IMG/VR virus record: IMGVR_UViG_3300035135_000571
Coordinates: 1 to 24,027 of that record
From: a virus
Lineage: Duplodnaviria; Caudoviricetes
Length of the DNA stretch: 24,027 nt
Reading direction: 5' to 3' (one strand)
Below, piece by piece: positions 7,551 to 13,782 of the stretch; position 1 is the first letter of the stretch; every line of letters begins with the position of its first letter. Made by a program: the position numbers and the translations under genes. Under the pieces are notes generated by a model, which made no database searches, had not been told where the DNA came from, and saw only the letters and a program-made list of their open reading frames with translations.

Positions 7551-7822
7551 GCATTACATATCGCGGCGAAACTTTTGAGGGTTACAACAAACCCAAGCGG
7601 ACGCCAAAGCATCCGAACAAATCGCACGCGGTACTTGCCAAAGAAGGCGACAAGATCAAGCTAATTCGCTTTGGGCAACAAGGCGTTTCAGGTTCACCAC
7701 GTCGCGAAGGTGAATCAAAGGCCGCAAAAGCACGTCGTGCTGCATTTAAATCGCGTCATGCAAAAAATATCGCTAAAGGCAAGATGTCAGCAGCCTTTTG
7801 GGCAAATAAAACTAAATGGTAG
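7547..7822 (+). CDS. Highly basic hypothetical viral protein, 91 aa
   Basis: NKPKRTP...KLIRFGQQG...ARRAAFKSRH...SAAFWANKTKW, a motif pattern I recall from uncharacterised phage/giant-virus proteins; ATGA coupling. Confidence 0.8.
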   Translation: MSITYRGETFEGYNKPKRTPKHPNKSHAVLAKEGDKIKLIRFGQQGVSGSPRREGESKAAKARRAAFKSRHAKNIAKGKMSAAFWANKTKW

Positions 7823-7832
7823 TAACATTTAA

Positions 7833-7897
7833 ATGAAAACGTACCCTACGGGTTTTTCATGTCTGACGAGCAAATTCAAGAGGTTACGCCTGTTGAA
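7833..7897 (+). promoter_or_regulatory. Two YUACG-loop RNA hairpins flanking the scaffold start codon
   Basis: ATGAAAA-cgt-ACC-CTACG-GGT-TTTTCAT (7833-7860, pairs the AT of the start codon) and TTCAA-g-AGG-TTACG-CCT-g-TTGAA (7875-7897). Confidence 0.6.
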
Positions 7898-8536
7898 ACG
7901 CAAAGCAACGGCGAAATTGACGCACTAAAAAACAGCATCGAAGCTCTTGAGCGTAAAAATCATGAGCTAATCGGCAAGCTGAAAAAAGCAAAGTCCATCC
8001 CTGAGGATGTGAATGTTCAAGAACTTCTGGACTTTAAGCGCCAAGCCGAACAGTCAAAGCTTGAATCAGAAGGCAAGTACACCGAAGCGCGACAAGCTTT
8101 GGAGCAGCAATTCCGTGAGGCGTCGGCGGAAAAGGACAAGCGCATTGCAGAACTTGAGGCCAGAGTCCGGGAACTTGAATTGATCAGCCCAGCAGTTTCT
8201 GCCCTAGCAGACATTGTGCATGATCCTGATTTGGTGTTGAAGACCAAGCTGTCTGCCGACAAAATTCAGCGCGAAGCTGATGGCACTGTTGTTGTCGTCG
8301 ATGGTTACGAGCGCAGGCCTGTTGCAGATTGGGCGAAATCATCACTGCCCGAATGGATGCAAAAAGCACCGAAGCCACAAGGATCTGGTGCGCCAGCAGG
8401 TCGCAGCACTGGTGCAATTCCAGCCGGCATGAAAAATCCATTTGCCAAGGATAGTTTCAACCTTACAGAGCAATCACGCCTTTATCGGACTGATCGGGAT
8501 TTGTACGAAAGTATGAAAGCCGCCGCAAGTCGTTAA
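7859..8536 (+). CDS. Capsid scaffolding protein
   Basis: 225 aa, long charged coiled-coil, C-terminal GSGAP...KNPF...NLTEQSRL motif; immediately upstream of the capsid gene. Confidence 0.85.
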   Translation: MSDEQIQEVTPVETQSNGEIDALKNSIEALERKNHELIGKLKKAKSIPEDVNVQELLDFKRQAEQSKLESEGKYTEARQALEQQFREASAEKDKRIAELEARVRELELISPAVSALADIVHDPDLVLKTKLSADKIQREADGTVVVVDGYERRPVADWAKSSLPEWMQKAPKPQGSGAPAGRSTGAIPAGMKNPFAKDSFNLTEQSRLYRTDRDLYESMKAAASR

Positions 8537-8547
8537 TATTATTACGA

Positions 8548-8608
8548 GGCAAAGCTACGCGGAGCCAAATCGGGTTACGCCCATCCTGTAAACACTTTTT
8601 ATTGAGGT
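8548..8608 (+). promoter_or_regulatory. Capsid gene leader: two YUACG-loop hairpins and Shine-Dalgarno
   Basis: GGC-aaa-G-CTACG-C-gga-GCC (8548-8566), GGG-TTACG-CCC (8572-8582), GAGGT at 8604-8608 before ATG 8616; TAATAT at 8534-39 upstream. Confidence 0.6.
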
Positions 8609-8615
8609 AATTGTC

Positions 8616-9659
8616 ATGGCGGCAACCGTACGCTCTGATGTAATCATCCCTGAGATTTTTACGCCCTACGTCATTGAGCAAACCACCCAACGTGATGCCT
8701 TCCTGGCTTCCGGTGTGGTGCAGCCTTTGACTGAACTAAACGCTTCCGAGTCTGGCGGCGATTTCGTCAACGTTCCTTTCTGGAAAGCAAATCTTTCTGG
8801 CGACTTTGAAGTTCTGTCAGACAGCTCTTCCCTGACTGTCGGCAACATCACTGCTGATAAGCAAGTTGGTGTTGTGCTTCATCGTGGTCGTGCTTTTGAA
8901 GCTCGCGATCTTGCTGCTCTTGCTGCAGGTTCTGATCCCATGGCCGCCATTGGCGCCAAAATGGGTGCTTACATTGCTAACCAGCGTCAAAAGGATCTGG
9001 TGCAATGCCTGAGCGGTGTTTTCGGTTCTCTGAACGCAAACACCAATGCTTCTGCGTTCTTTGATCTGACCATTGATTCAGCTACTGCTGACACCCCGAC
9101 TGCACTGTCACCTCGTCACGTTGCAGAAGCTCGCGCTCTGCTGGGTGATCAAGGCGATAAGCTGACTGCTGTTGCAATGCACTCCAAGGTTTATTACGAC
9201 CTTGTCGAGCGCCGTGCAATCGATTATGTGACTGCTGCTGAAGCACGTCAAACCGCACTTGGCACCGCTGAAGATGCTTTCGGTGGTTCTACCGCTGGCG
9301 CTTACGGTGAAGTTTCTGTGCCCACTTACATGGGTCTGCGTGTCATCATCTCTGATGATGTGGAGACTGCTGGCTCTGGTGCAAGCACCGAGTATGGCAC
9401 TTATTTCTTCACCCAAGGCGCTGTTGCTTCTGGCGAACAAGCTGGAGTGAACATTGAAACTGACCGCGACATCCTCGCCAAGTCGGATGCAATGTCTGTG
9501 GACCTTCACTACATTTATCACCCTGTGGGTGCTAAGTGGGCTGTGACCACTGCTAACCCAACTCGTGCTCAGCTGGCAACTGCCACCAACTGGTCTAAGG
9601 TTTACGAACTGAAGAACATTGGCATGGTTCGCGCCACCAACGTCTCTAACATGGACTGA
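8616..9659 (+). CDS. Major capsid protein
   Basis: 347 aa after scaffold; SDVIIPEIFTPYV, GGDFVNVPFW, AGSDPMAAIG, MHSKVY, IETDRDIL, LATATNW motifs of a siphophage coat family; biased codon use and clear SD. Confidence 0.93.
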   Translation: MAATVRSDVIIPEIFTPYVIEQTTQRDAFLASGVVQPLTELNASESGGDFVNVPFWKANLSGDFEVLSDSSSLTVGNITADKQVGVVLHRGRAFEARDLAALAAGSDPMAAIGAKMGAYIANQRQKDLVQCLSGVFGSLNANTNASAFFDLTIDSATADTPTALSPRHVAEARALLGDQGDKLTAVAMHSKVYYDLVERRAIDYVTAAEARQTALGTAEDAFGGSTAGAYGEVSVPTYMGLRVIISDDVETAGSGASTEYGTYFFTQGAVASGEQAGVNIETDRDILAKSDAMSVDLHYIYHPVGAKWAVTTANPTRAQLATATNWSKVYELKNIGMVRATNVSNMD

Positions 9660-9674
9660 AGCTGAGTTTTAGTC

Positions 9675-9848
9675 ATGGGCCTGTTCGCTTTTCGGCGGAT
9701 GCGTGAACAAGAGGCTGCTGCATGTGCGGCGGCCTCTTTTTGTGTCCCCAAAACAGAAGTAAAAGCCGAGGCTAAAACAGAGCCAAAGCCCAAAAAGCAA
9801 CGCACCGTAAAACCAAAACTGGAGAAGGCTGATGGCGATAACGATTGA
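9675..9848 (+). CDS. Small hypothetical protein, 57 aa (not in ORF track)
   Basis: MGLFAFRRMREQEAAACAAASFCVPKTEVKAEAKTEPKPKKQRTVKPKLEKADGDND*; GTC-ATG context like other genes; overlaps the next start, whose SD-like GGAG it contains. Confidence 0.6.
   Translation: MGLFAFRRMREQEAAACAAASFCVPKTEVKAEAKTEPKPKKQRTVKPKLEKADGDND
9709..9741 (+). terminator. Intrinsic terminator downstream of the capsid gene (inside the 57-aa ORF)
   Basis: GAGGCTGCTGC-ATGT-GCGGCGGCCTC 11-bp stem (two G-U pairs) followed by TTTTT. Confidence 0.75.
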
Positions 9849-10392
9849 TGCAACAATCGGCGGTGCAAATGCAAACAGCTATCTAACGCTGAGTGATGCA
9901 CAAGCAATCATTGATGGTCTTGTAGAAGACGACAATGTAACTGCATGGGCGTCGGCTACAACCGATCAAAAAAATCGCGCTCTTTACACTGCAACGCAGC
10001 GACTGGATCGTGAACGCTATTTAGGTGCTAGGGCTACTGACACCCAAGCACTGCAATGGCCGCGTACTGGTGTTCGTAAACCTGACACCTACATCAATAC
10101 TTACGCCATTGGCTTTCCGTTCAAAATCACGACTGATTATTACACTGATACGGAAATTCCAGATCAAGTAAAAAAGGCACAAGCCGAACTTGCTGTTTAC
10201 CTAAACAACAACAAAGACGGGATCGGTCTAAGTGGTCTTGAGGATTACAAGAACGTCAAAATCGGAAGCATTGATGTCACTCCAAATCAGTTTGGTGCTG
10301 TCGGTGCAGATCGCATTCCACCAATGGTTGAACGTTATTTGATCGGCCTTAGAATTAGTGGACCAGGCAACATTGCTGTTAAACGGAGCTGA
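9832..10392 (+). CDS. Head-tail adaptor/connector (family often labelled DnaT-like ssDNA-binding protein)
   Basis: ANSYLTLSDA...ALYTATQRLD...YLGARATDTQALQWPR...IPDQVKKAQAELA motifs; first large gene after capsid. Confidence 0.8.
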   Translation: MAITIDATIGGANANSYLTLSDAQAIIDGLVEDDNVTAWASATTDQKNRALYTATQRLDRERYLGARATDTQALQWPRTGVRKPDTYINTYAIGFPFKITTDYYTDTEIPDQVKKAQAELAVYLNNNKDGIGLSGLEDYKNVKIGSIDVTPNQFGAVGADRIPPMVERYLIGLRISGPGNIAVKRS

Positions 10393-10394
10393 TC

Positions 10395-10622
10395 ATGGGT
10401 TATGCCTATCCCGGCGCTGAATATATCAGCGATACTGCCGCACACACAGGACGCTTTGGCAAAGTAGTTGCGCTTGAGGATTCAGTGATTGCGACTCTGG
10501 TCGCTGAAGACATCACCGGCAATGCACTGACTGCAGTTGTGCTTAAAGCCGATTGTGAAATCTGCGGAGTGATCACAAGCGTTACGCTGACTAGCGGCTC
10601 TGTAATCGCTTACAAGCTCTAA
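10395..10622 (+). CDS. Small beta-rich virion protein, paralogue A (75 aa)
   Basis: GAEYISDTAAHTGRF...GVITSVTLTSGSVIAYKL; aligns by eye with the next two ORFs. Confidence 0.8.
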   Translation: MGYAYPGAEYISDTAAHTGRFGKVVALEDSVIATLVAEDITGNALTAVVLKADCEICGVITSVTLTSGSVIAYKL

Positions 10623-10624
10623 TC

Positions 10625-10882
10625 ATGGCACATAACAGCAGCCCGATTGATCCTTCCTATAGCATCGGCGCTGACTTCGTGAACAGCACGACGGCGCAAA
10701 CTGGGCGTTGGAATCGAATTACGATCCTTAAAAACAACTCAAGTTTTTCTGCTTTGACTGCTGAGAACTGGACTGGTAACAGCTTGGTTGGTGAATCGTT
10801 GCCTGCTGGGTTTGAAATTCAAGGTGTATTTACAGCGTTCACCCTGCACGGCTCTAGTGCTGTTGTTGCATACAAGATCTAA
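10625..10882 (+). CDS. Small beta-rich virion protein, paralogue B (85 aa)
   Basis: GADFVNSTTAQTGRW...GVFTAFTLHGSSAVVAYKI. Confidence 0.8.
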   Translation: MAHNSSPIDPSYSIGADFVNSTTAQTGRWNRITILKNNSSFSALTAENWTGNSLVGESLPAGFEIQGVFTAFTLHGSSAVVAYKI

Positions 10883-10884
10883 TC

Positions 10885-11139
10885 ATGGCTAAAGCACAAG
10901 GCGGCGCAAGCATTGTTGACTGGTCAGTAGGTGCAGAGGTTATTACTGACACGGCAGTTCATACCGGCAAATTTCTGCACATTGATTTTTTTGAGAACAG
11001 CACGATCACCGCGATTGTCAGCACAAACGTGATCGACAACAGTTTTGCTGGTGCATCTATTGATTCTGGTGCTCACCTGACGGGTTACTTTACTAGCATC
11101 CAGCTTCAGAATGGTGCTTGTATAGCCTACAAGATCTAA
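10885..11139 (+). CDS. Small beta-rich virion protein, paralogue C (84 aa)
   Basis: GAEVITDTAVHTGKF...GYFTSIQLQNGACIAYKI. Confidence 0.8.
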   Translation: MAKAQGGASIVDWSVGAEVITDTAVHTGKFLHIDFFENSTITAIVSTNVIDNSFAGASIDSGAHLTGYFTSIQLQNGACIAYKI

Positions 11140-11495
11140 TGGCTCTAGCTGATTCGCTGCGAAAGGTTGCCAATAAGGCCATCGGCAAACTTGGTGGTGA
11201 TGTCACGATTCAATTTGTGACGCTTGGGGCTTACAACCCAACAACAGGTCAAGCCAGCGAATCGACGACGACTGCAACAATCAAGGGAGTTGTTGAAGAT
11301 GTCAGTGCTAGCGAAGTTAATGACCTTGTTCGTGGTGATGACAAGAAACTGACAATCGCCGCTTCTGCCTTAACTTCAACGCCTGGTCTTGACGATAAAG
11401 TTTCAATCGGCGGTGAAATCCATCAAGTCGTCAGGATCCAGACCGTTGAACAGGATAATCAAGCGATTGTCTACGAACTGTTCTTGAGGGCTTGA
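11139..11495 (+). CDS. Head closure/stopper (head-tail joining) protein
   Basis: Start at TAATG overlap (MALADSLRK); GAYNPTTG...LVRGDDKKL...YELFLR pattern and neck position. Confidence 0.7.
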   Translation: MALADSLRKVANKAIGKLGGDVTIQFVTLGAYNPTTGQASESTTTATIKGVVEDVSASEVNDLVRGDDKKLTIAASALTSTPGLDDKVSIGGEIHQVVRIQTVEQDNQAIVYELFLRA

Positions 11496-11497
11496 TC

Positions 11498-11938
11498 ATG
11501 GCACGCAACATCAAGCTTTCACAGATCGGTGACTATTGCGAGGATCAATTCGAGAAGCTTTTGCGCGTGGCAGTTATTGAAACTGACAAGCGTTTAAAGC
11601 AGGCAAGCCCAACAGATAGCGGAAGGCTTCGCGCAAGCTGGCAGATTGGTGAAAATACTGCATCAGGTGGCAACAAACCTGAGGGCAAATATCCGTATAC
11701 GATTTTGCCTGCTGAGCGCATCAATTACACAAAAGAGCGTGTCGGTAATGTCTACAGCATTCACAACAACGTTCCTTACGCTGAGCCCGTTTTGATGGGA
11801 ACCAATCTGCCGCCATCATGGAAAGGTCGCTGGCGTTCCAAAGGTAATCAAATTGAAAAGGGTTACCCTCTTGTGATCGCTAAGGACATGCAAGACTTTG
11901 TGCGTCAAAATGCAGAAAGGATCGGTAGGCAATCATGA
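11498..11938 (+). CDS. Tail completion/neck protein, HK97 gp10-like
   Basis: SPTDSGRLRASW and NNVPYAE motifs characteristic of the HK97 gp10 family; ATG 11498. Confidence 0.8.
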   Translation: MARNIKLSQIGDYCEDQFEKLLRVAVIETDKRLKQASPTDSGRLRASWQIGENTASGGNKPEGKYPYTILPAERINYTKERVGNVYSIHNNVPYAEPVLMGTNLPPSWKGRWRSKGNQIEKGYPLVIAKDMQDFVRQNAERIGRQS

Positions 11939-12354
11939 GCAGCACTTACAACGACGTTCGCGCAGCGATTGAAAGCAGGATTGCTACTGAAATGGCATTG
12001 TCGCCGTCTTACCCTGTTGCCTATCAAAACGTTTCATTCAATCCGCCCAACAATTCGCCTTGGGTTCAAGTGCGTGTCAGTTTTGGTGACAACAATTATG
12101 CGACGTTGCAGTCACCATCGACAGGATTTAACAAGCAAAACGGTGTTCTGTTCATCGACATCTTTACCCCTCGTGGAGTTGGTCCCGGCGCAAATTTGAC
12201 CATTGGAGAACGATTAAAGGATAAATTTGATCGCGCAAAATTCAGCAGCATTATTTTCGACCCTGCATCAGGACCATCAGAAGTAACACCAGCAGCGCCA
12301 GAAGACTATTTTCAAACGCAACTAACAGCAAGTTTCTCAGCGTATTTAGACTGA
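11935..12354 (+). CDS. Tail terminator protein
   Basis: VAYQNVSFNPP...WVQV...GVLFIDIFTPRGVG pattern (DUF4128-like); directly precedes the tail tube gene. Confidence 0.75.
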   Translation: MSSTYNDVRAAIESRIATEMALSPSYPVAYQNVSFNPPNNSPWVQVRVSFGDNNYATLQSPSTGFNKQNGVLFIDIFTPRGVGPGANLTIGERLKDKFDRAKFSSIIFDPASGPSEVTPAAPEDYFQTQLTASFSAYLD

Positions 12355-12382
12355 GCACAGCCATTCATTCGCTTTTACAATC

Positions 12383-13141
12383 ATGGCCGTCACCGTTCTG
12401 TCCGGTACGTCCGGCGCTCTTTATTACAAGCCCGCAGGCACTACCGGCACGTTCGGTGAGTCCAACGTCAGCGTCGCAAACGATGAAATCACAGTTGCCC
12501 CTTACCTTAATTTCAAGGTAGGGGATCCAGTTGTTTTTAGTGTTGTCAATTCAACCACTGGTGGCTCTGGCACCGGAACTTTGCCTGCTGGCATTACTGC
12601 TGGCACGACTTATTACGTTATTGCTTACACGGCTGCAAGTGGTGTGCTGCAAGTTTCTGCCACTGCTGGTGGTTCAACCATCACTATTACCGATGATGGC
12701 ACGGTAGCTTCACCGAATGAATTCCAAGTTGCTTATGCGGAATTTGCGGCTGTCGGACAAGTTCAGTCTTGGAATTTTGAAGTTTCTCGTGCTGAAATTG
12801 ACGTGACCACCATTGGTCAAACCGCCACGCAGTACAGCCCATTCCGTGCTTACATCCCTGGCTTTGCCGATGGAAGTGGAACTGCAACGGTTTTTGTAAC
12901 CGATGAAGATGCCGCACTGTCCAACCGAATGGTGGAAGACGTGTTGCAGCGTAATCAAGTTGGTTGTGCTTTAAAGCTTTACACCGACAAGCAAAGCACT
13001 GAAGCGCTGAGCCGTAGCATCAGCATGGATGCAGTGCTAATCAGCGCGAACTTCACGATCAATCCTGACGATGCACAGCAAGTGGAAATCACTTTCCGTC
13101 CAACTGGCGCACCCAGCTTTGATTTCAGCACTACCACTTGA
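12383..13141 (+). CDS. Major tail (tube) protein with inserted beta-domain
   Basis: Tube core VGQVQSWNFEVSRAEIDVTTIG...FRAYIPGFADGSGT...VEITFRPTG, with an insert (FKVGDPVVF...LPAGITAGTTYYV...VSATAGG); followed by terminator, chaperone and tape measure. Confidence 0.88.
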   Translation: MAVTVLSGTSGALYYKPAGTTGTFGESNVSVANDEITVAPYLNFKVGDPVVFSVVNSTTGGSGTGTLPAGITAGTTYYVIAYTAASGVLQVSATAGGSTITITDDGTVASPNEFQVAYAEFAAVGQVQSWNFEVSRAEIDVTTIGQTATQYSPFRAYIPGFADGSGTATVFVTDEDAALSNRMVEDVLQRNQVGCALKLYTDKQSTEALSRSISMDAVLISANFTINPDDAQQVEITFRPTGAPSFDFSTTT

Positions 13142-13165
13142 TACGATTGGGTGGAAAAGGAACTG

Positions 13166-13191
13166 GCCCCGGTTGACTCCGGGGTTTTTTT
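13166..13191 (+). terminator. Intrinsic terminator after the tail tube gene
   Basis: GCCCCGG-TTGACT-CCGGGGT stem-loop followed by a T7 tract. Confidence 0.9.
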
Positions 13192-13224
13192 ATGCCTAAA
13201 ATATCAATTAATTAGAGCATTTTT

Positions 13225-13572
13225 ATGCCTGCTGCCTCGAAGCTGTCTGCGTTAGATCGCCTGAAGAAAGCAGCAAACCTGACGCCAGTCAAGAAAACGA
13301 TCGCCTTGAGTGATGGCAGTGAGTTTGAGTTTTACCGTACGCCATTGACTATGGCCGAGCGCGAACGTGCTCAAAAGGGAACTGGTGATGATATGAATGC
13401 CTTTGCCTTGCAGCTTTTGGTTAGTAAGGCAATGGATGAGAATGGGCAACGCTTGTTTGCTGCTGGCATGATTGCAGAGCTGAAAAATGAAGTGCGTGAC
13501 GCTGACTTGCAAGCATTGATGCTGGCCGTGATTAGCGACGATGTTGAAGAGGAAGTTGACCTAAAAAACTAA
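13225..13572 (+). CDS. Tail assembly chaperone (lambda gpG analogue)
   Basis: 115 aa between tail tube and tape measure; DENGQRLF motif; ends in slippery A AAA AAC TAA. Confidence 0.85.
   Translation: MPAASKLSALDRLKKAANLTPVKKTIALSDGSEFEFYRTPLTMAERERAQKGTGDDMNAFALQLLVSKAMDENGQRLFAAGMIAELKNEVRDADLQALMLAVISDDVEEEVDLKN
13563..13569 (+). other. Programmed -1 ribosomal frameshift site (A AAA AAC)
   Basis: X XXY YYZ heptamer in the correct phase immediately before the chaperone stop; -1 frame is open to TAG 13755-13757. Confidence 0.85.
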
Positions 13573-13757
13573 AACAGGAGCTGAAACAGGACAACCTGTT
13601 AAGGCTCCAATTTAGTGTGGCAAAAGAGTTGGGATATACCTTGGCTGAAATGAATAGCAAATTGACCTTGGCTGAATTGCTAATGTGGTCGGCTTATTTT
13701 GAGCTGTTAAACGATGAGCAAGAGGCGCAAATGAAAGCAGCCCGTCGGCGTCGATAG
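13569..13757 (+). CDS. Frameshift extension of tail chaperone (lambda gpT analogue; 62 extra aa, fusion about 177 aa)
   Basis: -1 frame reads LKQELKQDNLLRLQFSVAKELGYTLAEMNSKLTLAELLMWSAYFELLNDEQEAQMKAARRRR*, with the typical LGxTxxE...ELxxWxAY gpT-like motif; not in ORF track. Confidence 0.85.
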   Translation, partial: LKQELKQDNLLRLQFSVAKELGYTLAEMNSKLTLAELLMWSAYFELLNDEQEAQMKAARRRR

Positions 13758-13782
13758 ACTGCAGGAAATGGCTTTGTGAGCA

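Noticed and set aside
2580-9659. Inteins, introns or stop-codon recoding in terL, portal or capsid
   Set aside because: All have normal lengths and contiguous motifs under the standard bacterial code.
9832-10392. Literal DnaT replication function
   Set aside because: The family label is misleading here; position right after the capsid and before stopper/neck genes indicates a head-tail adaptor.
13638-13676. 12-nt direct repeat ACCTTGGCTGAA twice
   Set aside because: Explained by the in-frame TLAE peptide repeat in the frameshift extension; not a hairpin or att-like site.
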